32,602 nucleotides of DNA from a virus: the IMG/VR virus record IMGVR_UViG_3300031215_000004; one strand, 5' to 3'. This document shows, one piece after another, positions 4,697 through 14,069 of this stretch (positions are counted from its first letter, which is position 1; every line of letters starts with the position of its first letter). Under the pieces are notes generated by a model, which saw only the letters and a list, made by a program, of their open reading frames with translations, was not told where the DNA came from and did no database searches. The position numbers and the translations under genes were made by a program.

Positions 4697-5401
4697 CTAA
4701 AAATTAAATATTAAATACGCAAACAAAGTTATACCTAAAGCCAAAGCCATACCATCGCCACCGCCTTCTGCATAAAAGTTTGCATCGTGTTTGTGACGCC
4801 TGTTCATAAACAAACCAACGGTGATCCATACGTGGCGACTGATCGCATTAAACAGCGCTACCAAACCCCCTAACGGTATAGAGACAAGAAAGCCTTTTGT
4901 CGTGCACCATATCTTCGGATACCACTTCCCCATTTTATCAACGCGCAAGAGCCTAGCAATAGGGTCATTGATTTTACGCATAGTGTTGTTGCGTAAATCG
5001 TCTTCGTTAATTACGCCGTCATTGTTTGTGTCTTTCGTCCACCCCCACCAGTTACCAATCAACTGATAGACAGTCGCGCTTTCTTTACCGACGAAGGACA
5101 CAAAGGACACAAATAGATAAATCACAAAAAACACCGAGAACGCCATAAGCAACATGTCAATACCGTCTATAGGAAAAGCCGTTGTGAATTTCTCAACAAG
5201 GTTAAATCTGTAATCAAACCCCACCAAAGCAACAGCGCCGACCACAGCTCCTAAAACTATTTCAGGAACTTTACCGCCCCACGTTGCAAAGGCTTGCCAC
5301 TTCTGCCACTTGTTATTTTGGAACGTCATAGAGTAACCCGCCTGTGCGGACAAAAACCCCATGACTAGAAATAATATTAGAAATATTGATAAGTAAATCA
5401 T
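4697..5401 (-). CDS. Multi-pass integral membrane protein with an EF-hand-like DxNxDGxIxxxD loop, 234 aa
   Basis: About five hydrophobic segments. Loop WWGWTKDTNNDGVINEDDL. AAGGA RBS. Confidence 0.75.
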   Translation of the reverse strand: MIYLSIFLILFLVMGFLSAQAGYSMTFQNNKWQKWQAFATWGGKVPEIVLGAVVGAVALVGFDYRFNLVEKFTTAFPIDGIDMLLMAFSVFFVIYLFVSFVSFVGKESATVYQLIGNWWGWTKDTNNDGVINEDDLRNNTMRKINDPIARLLRVDKMGKWYPKIWCTTKGFLVSIPLGGLVALFNAISRHVWITVGLFMNRRHKHDANFYAEGGGDGMALALGITLFAYLIFNF

Positions 5402-5411
5402 TGTTTTTTCC

Positions 5412-6080
5412 TTAAAAAGATACTACCGCCGAGGCGTGTGTTAGGTTTCCTGATATTGCAGAATAAGAATTAACCGCAAGCGCTAGGCCGTCTGTTTCTG
5501 TTTCTTGTGCGCCTGAGTGTGAAGTACCGCCGTTTTCAATCCATCCATCATAAACTTCTGTTAAGTTTGTCCAATTTGTAGCGGGAAAACTATTGTTACG
5601 ATAACTGGACACGCCCAAAGCAAACCCGCCCACCGTTGTATTAACAGGCATATCCGCAGAGCGTACACTATCGCTTGCGTTTGTATCGTGGGGTGTGTTT
5701 GATTTTAATCCAGTAGCAGACCAAACGCCAATCCCCAAACGTGAAGACCCTCCTGTGCAGGTGCAAACTACCGTTGCCGTTGTACCTGTAGGGACATGAG
5801 CGATCCATATTGACACGCCACTAATTCCTTCATCAATACTGTCTGCAAGAAGCGTAGCTGTAACGCCCCCTATAACAACATCGGTCACAGGAGCACCTCC
5901 ACCCAACGCAACAGCAACAATCACACGGCGATCATACGTTGCTGCGCCAATCCCACAACTTGTAAATGTGTATTCAGAGCGGTTTACTGCGTCTGCATAT
6001 TCAGAATGAAATGTCAGCACTTTAGGCGGTATATGAGCTGCCGCCGCAAGCAAGCCATTAAAAATAACTTTATTTAACAT
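5412..6080 (-). CDS. Hypothetical tail-fibre-adjacent protein (beta-rich, Gly/Thr/Ser/Val-rich)
   Basis: ORF track gives 5412..6086 with a GTG start. The ATG at 6080 overlaps the tail-fibre stop by 11 nt. Position is immediately downstream of the fibre gene. Confidence 0.7.
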   Translation of the reverse strand: MLNKVIFNGLLAAAAHIPPKVLTFHSEYADAVNRSEYTFTSCGIGAATYDRRVIVAVALGGGAPVTDVVIGGVTATLLADSIDEGISGVSIWIAHVPTGTTATVVCTCTGGSSRLGIGVWSATGLKSNTPHDTNASDSVRSADMPVNTTVGGFALGVSSYRNNSFPATNWTNLTEVYDGWIENGGTSHSGAQETETDGLALAVNSYSAISGNLTHASAVVSF

Positions 6081-7260
6081 CAGCACCTACCATAAAACCA
6101 CTCCATGTTGTGCCTGCATCTACCGTTGTAAAAACTAAATGGTCAACACCCGATGTCGTCAAAGCAGGAGAGGTTGCGCCTATCCAATTAACAGAGGCGG
6201 GCCAGTTTACTGTTTGAGAACCTCCGTTTGTTAGGATTAAATAAAACCCATCAGCATTACCTGTAGCCTTTGGATTACTAAAACTAAAAGTTGTTGTTCC
6301 TGTATCTACTGTACCTGTTACAGAGCGCCCACTATCTAAATCAATATCTTGAGTACCGCCCCCTATTGAGCCAAGGATATTAACCGTGCTATCAATTTTC
6401 TCTTGTGTAACAGCCTCGTTTATAATTTCAGAAGTTCCAATAGAGTTGTTAGCCATTTTAGCTTGCGTGATTGAATTGTCAGCAATAACAGTATCAATAA
6501 CCAACCAAGTTGTGGTGGCAAGGTCATAAACCTTCATAACATTATCAGTGGTGTTAAACACAAGAGCGCCGTCAATAAGTGTATTACCATCATTATCAAG
6601 CGTGGGGTCGGCTGATTTTGTGCCTAAATACCTATCGTCAAAATTATCATAGAGGGTTTCAACTTGTGCCAATATAGCTGCCGCATCATCTTTTGAGCTT
6701 TCTGCTGCCGTGGCAAAACCTTGCGCTGCTGTAATTTCGCCAGAGTTAGGGCCGTTGATAAGCCTACCAGATAAACCGTCCCATATTAAAGATTTTCCAT
6801 CTTCTGGCGCTGGCAAATAAAATGAGGTAATAGTTGTGTCAACAGGGGCAAGCAATGATCGGTTTAAATCTCTACGAATCTGTTGTGTCTGCTGTGCAAA
6901 CAGGTCAAGCTCTCTGTTTAATGCGTTTGCAAAAAAGTCACCCGCTTGGTTAAAGTCCGTGGTGCGCTCCGCTGGTGCTGCTTGGTATGCTGTAAAGACG
7001 TGGCCCGCCGTTGCACCAGAAGGGTAAACACCAGTATCAAGTGTACATACACCGCCCGCTTGTTGGTTTACGCTGCCAGAGGGCACTGTATAATCTGTGT
7101 CTTTTACCAGCAAAGTAATTGCGCCTGCTGCATTTGTCTCAAAAATCTGTATATGTGTTGCGTCATATATTGGAAAATCAAAGTCGACCTCTGTCTCACC
7201 GCCCGCCATTACGTTGCGCTGCACACCATCATTTGCGTTAATCTTTATTGCTGTTGTCAT
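6070..7260 (-). CDS. Tail fibre protein with a T7 gp17-type N-terminal (tail-attachment) domain
   Basis: The N-terminus (IKINANDGVQRN...VDFDFPIYDATHIQIF...DTDYTV...RTTDFNQAGDFFANALNRELDLFAQQTQQIRRD) follows the T7 tail-fibre N-domain pattern. The C-terminal part has fibre-like repeats (ITQAKMANNSIGTSEIINEAVTQEKI). Confidence 0.8.
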   Translation of the reverse strand: MTTAIKINANDGVQRNVMAGGETEVDFDFPIYDATHIQIFETNAAGAITLLVKDTDYTVPSGSVNQQAGGVCTLDTGVYPSGATAGHVFTAYQAAPAERTTDFNQAGDFFANALNRELDLFAQQTQQIRRDLNRSLLAPVDTTITSFYLPAPEDGKSLIWDGLSGRLINGPNSGEITAAQGFATAAESSKDDAAAILAQVETLYDNFDDRYLGTKSADPTLDNDGNTLIDGALVFNTTDNVMKVYDLATTTWLVIDTVIADNSITQAKMANNSIGTSEIINEAVTQEKIDSTVNILGSIGGGTQDIDLDSGRSVTGTVDTGTTTFSFSNPKATGNADGFYLILTNGGSQTVNWPASVNWIGATSPALTTSGVDHLVFTTVDAGTTWSGFMVGADVK

Positions 7261-10200
7261 TTCATTTCCACTCCCATGGCTTTGTTTGCACCTGTCTCAA
7301 GCTGGTCAAACAACCCGCCTAAATATAGCACGTTTTGGTAAGGCATCAAACGGCGCATTGCGTGTGTGTCAGATTCCTTCCAGTCACGTGAGAAAGCTGA
7401 CCCGGTTAATTTAAAAAAGTCATGGCTCAAGCCCAAGGTAGGCCCGGCAATACTATCAATAACATTACGGCTTGCATAGCGTGACATTTGAGGGCCACCT
7501 ATTAAGGCATTAACGCCAACCGTACCGCGTGTGGCTTTCTCTGTGATATTATTAACATCAAAAAACCAGCCCGTGATACCGCTACGGTCAATGCCCTCTG
7601 TAAGCCATACACGTGGGTCGTCACTAACTTCGCGCCCTGCCACCATACTCTTGGCTGCATAAGTCATAGCGCCCATACCGATCATCATCATCACACCATT
7701 AAGCGCAGCAGCATCACCTTGTTGCATACCTGCCATTGTCACACGTTGCATTGAGGCCATTGAGAAAGACCTGAATTGCCCAACCATGCGCCAACCTGGG
7801 CGGCTCATCCATAAAGGTCTATCAAGCCCGGGTGTCACAATCACCTCATCAACTTGCTTACGTACAGCGGCCCTAAATGTACTGGCTGCTTGTGCATCTG
7901 ACCAATCGCGGGCGTTTGGCACAAGTACGCGCTCTCTAGTTTCGCCGTGCTCTTTAAACATTTTAGCGACTCGCTGCGCCATTGGTCTGTCAATACCATG
8001 ACTGGCAAGGTTTTCAATTTCCTTAGTACCGATTTTTTTGCCATTACCTACCTCCGTGATTGCACGCATCATACGTGTCTGGGTCATAACACCTGCAAAA
8101 GTTTTTTGCCCTGTGTTCCATTGGTTCATTAGAGTTGCATTACCAAAATTCTGCGCAACGCTTTGGCTTACCGCATCAATTCTGCCAGAGGTGGGCGTAA
8201 ACTCATCCATGTTTGCACGTGCTTTGGCTGTTGTGGCAAGGGCCATATCCATACCAATGGCTGCCTCACGCACGTCAGCAGCCGCACCTTTGAATCCTTT
8301 AAAATCACTCATCATTGCAAGTATGCCGTCATTCATAGTACGGCTCATGCCGTGCACCATCACATGCCTGCCCATATCAGGTACTGCTGAAAGGGTCATC
8401 CCACCCAAGAGCCTTGTGAAATTCCACGCCATAAGCGCACGCTCTGCTGTGTGTTGAGGTGCTGCGTAATCATCAGGCTGTGCATATTGACCGCGTAGCT
8501 TTTCCCACATAGCTTGCATGTCGGTCATGTCTCTGCGTTTTGAGGCCTCAAGCTTTGCTGTTTTTTTAGGGTCGTCTTTTGCGCCACGTAATAGGGCCTC
8601 ATAGTCTTCACGTATTTGACCTTTAAGCTCATCAAAATCAAGCGTGCCAAAGGTATCCATAAGCTCTGCATCAGCAGCAGAGGTACGTGTGTGGCTTTCA
8701 ACAATGGCGTGTACATCATTGACCAGAAAGTCCTCAACCATGTCATCGGGTATATCATAAACCCTTTTCTTTGCAGAGCCACGTGCGCCTGTGCTTTTCT
8801 TTGGCCCGCCGCTGCTCTTTGGTTGTACACCTATATCATAGCCAAGCCTGCCACCGGGTAAGCCAATAATTCTATCAATAATCTGGTCAGCAATGGTATC
8901 AAGGTAATCAGCATCGCGCTCTTGGTTAATCACACGATTCTTTAACACATCAAGGTCTTTTAATATTTTATTATTCTTGGCCTTAATCTCAACGTCATAC
9001 TTAGCTTTGAAAGCCTCAAGCTTTGAAAGTGCGGCCTCATTCTGTGACCTTAACCACTCAAGATTTTTTGCTTTAAATGCCTGGCGTTGGTTTAGTATTT
9101 TATCTCTATCCCACATGCGCCGTGCCCAGCTGTCAGCTGTCTTAATCTCAATGTCAACATCATCAAAAATACCAACGTCAACCATGCGCTGTTTTAATGG
9201 GTCATAGACTTGCTTACGCACAGATTGTGCCACGTTGGCAACCTCTGGTATCACATGGCTATCATTGCGCCTGTTGGCCTTGGTCACCTCACTTGAAAAT
9301 TCACGCCATGTAAGGCTACCATCTTTCTTGCTGCCTAATCTTTCAGCGTCAGGAATCCCACCGGCTGCTTTTTGCTCTTTCACGCGCTTGCGGTAGGCCT
9401 TCCAGTTTGGTGTAAATTCTTTATAAAAACCAACCTTGAGCGTGTCATAAGCTTTAATCTTATTCTCAACACTGGTCGCGCTTGCAATAAATTCACTGTT
9501 TTTATTTTTAACCAGTGAGGTGTCGCCCATCTTCTCACCCATCATACGCACAACTTTTGAGGCGCTTACTGCTGTACGGTAAACAGGGTTTGTAAGTGCG
9601 TCAGGTATCTTATCAAAAACTTTCTGTGTTTTGCCCAAACCTTTAATAAGCTCTTGCTCTCCTGTTGTACCCACCTGCATTGCACCTGCGCTTGATAGGT
9701 TATTACCCTGTTGAGGCATCTGCATATCGCGCTCAAACTTTTCAGCCATTGCCGCCCGGCGCTCTGGTGAAAGAGCACCAGCTGCTGACCCAAGCAAACC
9801 ATTAAGGGCTGTGACACTGGCAATATTCATTGCGGATTCCTCAATGCTACGTGTCACTTGTGTCTCTTGCATATAAGCCTCGCGACCCGTTTCAATAATA
9901 GCAGCCACCCCGGCAGTTTTTGCCGCCCCTTCAAGTATGCTGCCACCAGTGCGGTAAGTTTTATAAGCTGGGCCACCAACAGGAATCCAGCTTATAGGGT
10001 CAGCCACGGCAGAAAGTGCAGCAGCTGCAAAGCCCTCAAGACCAGAAGCACCAGCAATCACCTCTTTGGCAGCAATCTCATCGTCAATACGAGTTTTACG
10101 GCGTGCCATGTCTTCACGGTTCTTTGCGTGTATCAGGTCATTTGCGTGACCTTCATACCTATCCATATCAAGGGCCGCCTCATAGTCAGGGTCTACTGTA

Positions 10201-10370
10201 TTATCATCAAATAGAAAATTGGTAACATCATCGATGACATTTACAACAGTATTATCATAAGCAAATGTTGCCTTAATAGTGTCGCCAAAAGACGATTTGG
10301 GCGCTGTGGTAATTGCGTCACGCTCTGCACGGTCTGGTAATACTTGGTCGGTAGGCTCATCAAATGGCAT
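7257..10370 (-). CDS. Large internal virion / DNA-ejection protein (positional analogue of T7 gp16), 1037 aa
   Basis: Size and position between the gp15-like gene and the tail fibre, with ATGA/TAATG coupling on both sides. No recognisable catalytic motif. Confidence 0.7.
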   Translation of the reverse strand: MPFDEPTDQVLPDRAERDAITTAPKSSFGDTIKATFAYDNTVVNVIDDVTNFLFDDNTVDPDYEAALDMDRYEGHANDLIHAKNREDMARRKTRIDDEIAAKEVIAGASGLEGFAAAALSAVADPISWIPVGGPAYKTYRTGGSILEGAAKTAGVAAIIETGREAYMQETQVTRSIEESAMNIASVTALNGLLGSAAGALSPERRAAMAEKFERDMQMPQQGNNLSSAGAMQVGTTGEQELIKGLGKTQKVFDKIPDALTNPVYRTAVSASKVVRMMGEKMGDTSLVKNKNSEFIASATSVENKIKAYDTLKVGFYKEFTPNWKAYRKRVKEQKAAGGIPDAERLGSKKDGSLTWREFSSEVTKANRRNDSHVIPEVANVAQSVRKQVYDPLKQRMVDVGIFDDVDIEIKTADSWARRMWDRDKILNQRQAFKAKNLEWLRSQNEAALSKLEAFKAKYDVEIKAKNNKILKDLDVLKNRVINQERDADYLDTIADQIIDRIIGLPGGRLGYDIGVQPKSSGGPKKSTGARGSAKKRVYDIPDDMVEDFLVNDVHAIVESHTRTSAADAELMDTFGTLDFDELKGQIREDYEALLRGAKDDPKKTAKLEASKRRDMTDMQAMWEKLRGQYAQPDDYAAPQHTAERALMAWNFTRLLGGMTLSAVPDMGRHVMVHGMSRTMNDGILAMMSDFKGFKGAAADVREAAIGMDMALATTAKARANMDEFTPTSGRIDAVSQSVAQNFGNATLMNQWNTGQKTFAGVMTQTRMMRAITEVGNGKKIGTKEIENLASHGIDRPMAQRVAKMFKEHGETRERVLVPNARDWSDAQAASTFRAAVRKQVDEVIVTPGLDRPLWMSRPGWRMVGQFRSFSMASMQRVTMAGMQQGDAAALNGVMMMIGMGAMTYAAKSMVAGREVSDDPRVWLTEGIDRSGITGWFFDVNNITEKATRGTVGVNALIGGPQMSRYASRNVIDSIAGPTLGLSHDFFKLTGSAFSRDWKESDTHAMRRLMPYQNVLYLGGLFDQLETGANKAMGVEMK

Positions 10371-13063
10371 TATTTAACCCCAAAATTATCAAGCTGAATT
10401 GTAATCCCTTTAATACGCTCATCACGGCGTTTGTTAAACTTAACCTTTTGCTGCTTCTGCATAAAGGCCCTGTCGTCAAATAAGCCTTTTTGTATAGAGG
10501 CAGCGCCATGCTCATCTGCAACAGCCTGCTTTTTAGCAACATCATCCACCAACTGTTTACGGCGTTTATCAGGGTCAAAGTAATAAGGCCCGCCAACCTT
10601 TGTAAATGTACCGTTTTTTGTCTTGTACATCATCTGGTAACGCGGTGCACCTGTTGCTGCTGTGCGCTTTGTTTGCTCTGGTATTACAAAGAGCCTCAAG
10701 TTTTCTTTAAGGTCAGCATTACCAAATTGCTCACTGTCTTCACGGAAAGTATTTTTAAATATACCTTGAGCGTCTTTAATCATTTGCTCACGCATCCAGC
10801 CAGAGTCCTCACCCTGTATGCTGTAATATTTCTCTGGTGGAAATTGCATTACTTGGTCGCCACCGTTTACACTGGTCACGCCATAGCGCCCCTGTACAAA
10901 CTGTGCAGCGTGTGTGGCGCTTAAACCCTCATCACGGGTAATTCTATAATGGTCTTCATACGCCACTCTGTAAGCGCCTGTGAGGCCGTCAAGTTGCCCT
11001 GCTGCTGCTTGGCCCTCTGTCTCAAGCCCAAGGTTCATAGGTAAGATTGAGCTATCATATAAATTCATAGCCTTACTGCGATAGTTAATATCTTTATCTT
11101 TCAGCTGTGCATTGGCCTCGCCCTGTGTAATCTCATTACGTGGGTCAAGAATTTCATCAACAATTTTAAGGGCTTCATCTTCAAGATACCCCAAATTTAC
11201 GCGGTCATTTATCATGCGCAACCGTGCCAAATCTTTGGGCGGTGCAATATCTTCTATGAGGTGTGGGTTTACGTCACCGATTCTGTCTATCAAATCAACA
11301 GCCATAGTAATCTGCTCAATGTCTCTGCTGCGTGCAATACGTTGTATGTCACCAGTCAAGCGGTCAGGCACAGACTTTGCGTTATTCACAATGCCAGTTA
11401 TCTCAACATTACGCTCATTAGAATCCAGCCCCGCAAGGCCCGGCTCAATGCTTTCATAATAATCATTATAAGCTTTCTTTGCCTGTGGGTCTTGCCTATT
11501 TAAAAAGCTTGAGCCACCCGCAAACGCGCTACCAGCGTTAATACTTATATTCTTTTCTTGGTCGGCTTTGAGTTTAGCAAATACCTTTTTGCGCAACGCA
11601 TTACCTTTAATCACGCCCTCTGGTGTTTCACTAAATAGCGGATTGTTATCAATACCATCAAGCACATTTGCAAGCTTTTGAGATTTTGACATTGTAGGTG
11701 CTGACGGCCCAATTAAGTTAGGGTCAGGCGCTACATCATCCATGGCTGTATCAATAGCAAGCTCAAACTGACTATTGACCACGTTGCGCTGCTGTGTTGC
11801 CTGTGCCTCTTGCGCAGCAATGTGAGAATTAACTGTCGCACTCACTAGCTTTGCGCTCTGTGTGCTTATAGAGTGGCGTAAATTAATAAGGTCAACACCT
11901 TCATTGTCAGCGTTTTCAATAAGAGATTGCGTCCAAGCAAGGCGGCTTTCTGTGTGCGGTATGCCCGGGCGTAAGAATTTATCAGAGAAAATGGCAGTAG
12001 CCTCTTGTGGGTCTTCAATACCTTTTAGGTCATTTAAAACTTTACCCTCTGGCGTGTTCTTTAATTCGTGTATTAGAAAACCAGCATTTGCAGCATAGCT
12101 TGACGGGTCAAGGCCATTGTCTTCTGCAAACTCTTCAAACTGTATGCGTCTTGGGCCAGTCCATTGAGCATAACCTGTGCCACCACGGCTACCGGGCACA
12201 ACAGGGTTAAGCTCTTGCATCTCCATAAAGCCACCGGTTTCATGGGCAAGGCTGCCAATAATACCAGCAGCAGCAGCGGGTGTAATATCAAGCGCTTTCT
12301 GCAAATCATTAGATAGGCGGTTACTGATTTTTACCGTGGACTCGCCAGGGTTAGGCAAGCGCATTAGTGTCTGCCCACTTTCAAATTGGCGCAAAGCCTC
12401 ACGCGGGTTTTCTGATCGAGTAACTCTATCAATAACAGCTGTGGAAAGTGCTGTGTCTTTAACAGCGTTTAATTGGTTTGACCTAAATGAGGCATTAAAT
12501 AATGGGTTGCCGTCTGCATCGGTGGCGCTCATTACGCCAGCTGTACGGGCCATTGTTTCTTGCAACTCTTCACCAGCTGCAAAAGCCACAGCATCATCGT
12601 CACTTAATAACCCTTGGGCAATGCCGGGTAATTTATTCTTGATTCCTTGGTAGGCTTGCAGGTTAGTAAATCTGCTGTTTTCATCCACAATAGATTTTTG
12701 GCCTGCTGTTGCGCGTGCAACTGCTGACGCACTAGATTTTGTAATCTGTAACTCATAACGTGCCCGCATTTCTGGGTCGTTAATCTCATCAAGAAAGCTT
12801 TCGGTATAATTACCCAGCGCCTCTGTCAGTCTGCCGGGGCTGTTCTTATGCTCTTGCTCAATGCGGGTAAAGTCTTTGGTCAGGGTGGTCTGCCCTTTAA
12901 GGTAAGCAGTCTCTTGCACTTTGGCGCTATATTTTTGACTTTCATTAAGCGCAAAGTTTGCTGCCTGCTTCATTGAGTTGACCCCGCCATTAGGCCCGCC
13001 CGTTTCTTGCACACGTGCATTAAGGCCTATTGTACTTGGTCTGACAGTTACTTTTCTTACCAT
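10370..13063 (-). CDS. Internal virion protein (positional analogue of T7 gp15) carrying a phage tail-lysozyme (peptidoglycan hydrolase) domain
   Basis: At aa about 260-380: AAAGIIGSLAHETGGFMEMQEL...GGTGYAQWTGPRRIQFEEFAEDNGLDPSSYAANAGFLIHELKNTPEG. This is the Phage_lysozyme2-type signature (HE(S/T)GG...GxxQWT..R...L..FA). Confidence 0.85.
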   Translation of the reverse strand: MVRKVTVRPSTIGLNARVQETGGPNGGVNSMKQAANFALNESQKYSAKVQETAYLKGQTTLTKDFTRIEQEHKNSPGRLTEALGNYTESFLDEINDPEMRARYELQITKSSASAVARATAGQKSIVDENSRFTNLQAYQGIKNKLPGIAQGLLSDDDAVAFAAGEELQETMARTAGVMSATDADGNPLFNASFRSNQLNAVKDTALSTAVIDRVTRSENPREALRQFESGQTLMRLPNPGESTVKISNRLSNDLQKALDITPAAAAGIIGSLAHETGGFMEMQELNPVVPGSRGGTGYAQWTGPRRIQFEEFAEDNGLDPSSYAANAGFLIHELKNTPEGKVLNDLKGIEDPQEATAIFSDKFLRPGIPHTESRLAWTQSLIENADNEGVDLINLRHSISTQSAKLVSATVNSHIAAQEAQATQQRNVVNSQFELAIDTAMDDVAPDPNLIGPSAPTMSKSQKLANVLDGIDNNPLFSETPEGVIKGNALRKKVFAKLKADQEKNISINAGSAFAGGSSFLNRQDPQAKKAYNDYYESIEPGLAGLDSNERNVEITGIVNNAKSVPDRLTGDIQRIARSRDIEQITMAVDLIDRIGDVNPHLIEDIAPPKDLARLRMINDRVNLGYLEDEALKIVDEILDPRNEITQGEANAQLKDKDINYRSKAMNLYDSSILPMNLGLETEGQAAAGQLDGLTGAYRVAYEDHYRITRDEGLSATHAAQFVQGRYGVTSVNGGDQVMQFPPEKYYSIQGEDSGWMREQMIKDAQGIFKNTFREDSEQFGNADLKENLRLFVIPEQTKRTAATGAPRYQMMYKTKNGTFTKVGGPYYFDPDKRRKQLVDDVAKKQAVADEHGAASIQKGLFDDRAFMQKQQKVKFNKRRDERIKGITIQLDNFGVK

Positions 13064-13569
13064 TATGAAAGTCCACTTAAAAGAGAAGGTTTACGGCCCG
13101 GCTTGGGTACTTTGCTTGAGCTGCTTGTTGTTGACGGTGCAGATTTATAAGATGAATAACCACCAGCCACAGCCTCTGCTGCTTTAAGGTAGCCTTGTGT
13201 TTTTGCGCTGCTAGCATCTGCTTTAAGATTCGCTGCACGTTGCGTGGCGTTAAGGCTGCCCATATCTGCATTAAACAGAGCATTGCTTATATCATCGCTG
13301 GCATTTTCTTTTGCTGCATCAGCCGCTGCTTGCGCTGACCCCTCACCCTGCAATACATTACGTGCACCAAATAAAGCATTTTGGCTGGCAAGGTCTTGAG
13401 CAAGCTGGTTTTCAATAGCCAGCGCCTGACGCTTACCCTCAAGGGTTTCAGCACGGGAATTTAATTCCGCTTGCTGTGATTGTAATTTTAAATTTGCCGA
13501 TTCTGCTTGCCCTGCTGCGATTGAGCTTACCGCACTTACCGCCGCCACTGCCACTGCCACCCAAGTCAT
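13063..13569 (-). CDS. Internal virion protein (positional analogue of T7 gp14), 168 aa, with an N-terminal hydrophobic segment
   Basis: MTWVAVAVAAVSAVSSIAAG followed by an Ala/Gln-rich helical region. Position and coupling within the ejection-protein block. Confidence 0.6.
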   Translation of the reverse strand: MTWVAVAVAAVSAVSSIAAGQAESANLKLQSQQAELNSRAETLEGKRQALAIENQLAQDLASQNALFGARNVLQGEGSAQAAADAAKENASDDISNALFNADMGSLNATQRAANLKADASSAKTQGYLKAAEAVAGGYSSYKSAPSTTSSSSKVPKPGRKPSLLSGLS

Positions 13570-14069
13570 GATTTATCCTCCTCAATCAAATCCCATTCAT
13601 AAGATATTTCACTGTAATCTTTTGCAATAAGCTCACCGTGCACATCTTCTTTATTCTCTGCATCAACACCAGTGACGGCTGCCCATAGTGTATCCTCTTG
13701 CGTATATACAGAGGCTTTTGTGCCAAATGGCGCAACGCCAATATATGGGGCTTTTAATTCGGTTGTGCCCTCTTCTGTTGTAACAATAACGCTACCCTCT
13801 AATATAAGCCATAATCTATCCTTTAGCCACAACTCACTGACCATTGCGGTATCCTTGGGGATTCTTAATACGCGGGTATAAGCACCGCCTGTAATAAATT
13901 CTTGCAGCCCTTGTGTGTTAATAGCGTCAGCATCACCACGCTCTGACCCAGCAAGCTCTTGTAAATCAACTTTAAACTTTTCAATCTGTGCGCGAGTTTT
14001 AAGTCTTTCTTCTTTATCACCCTTCGCAACCTTTTGTGCTTTTGGTTTTTTTATTACTGCTAGTGCCAT
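13566..14069 (-). CDS. Hypothetical protein at the T7 gp13 position, with a possible cupin-like beta-barrel in the C-terminal half
   Basis: GAYTRVLRIPKDTAMVSELWLKDRLWLILEGSVIVTTEEGTTELKAPYIGVAPFGTKASVYTQEDTLWAAV looks cupin-like by eye only. TAATG/ATGA coupled. Confidence 0.55.
   Translation of the reverse strand: MALAVIKKPKAQKVAKGDKEERLKTRAQIEKFKVDLQELAGSERGDADAINTQGLQEFITGGAYTRVLRIPKDTAMVSELWLKDRLWLILEGSVIVTTEEGTTELKAPYIGVAPFGTKASVYTQEDTLWAAVTGVDAENKEDVHGELIAKDYSEISYEWDLIEEDKS

Noticed and set aside
12177-12653. Antisense ORFs inside large structural genes (12177..12653 +, 14433..14897 +, 8038..8457 +, 10490..10924 +, 22486..22875 + and others)
   Set aside because: All lie opposite long, motif-supported virion genes. 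They have off-frame-like composition (Ser/Cys/Leu/Arg-rich) and lack start context.
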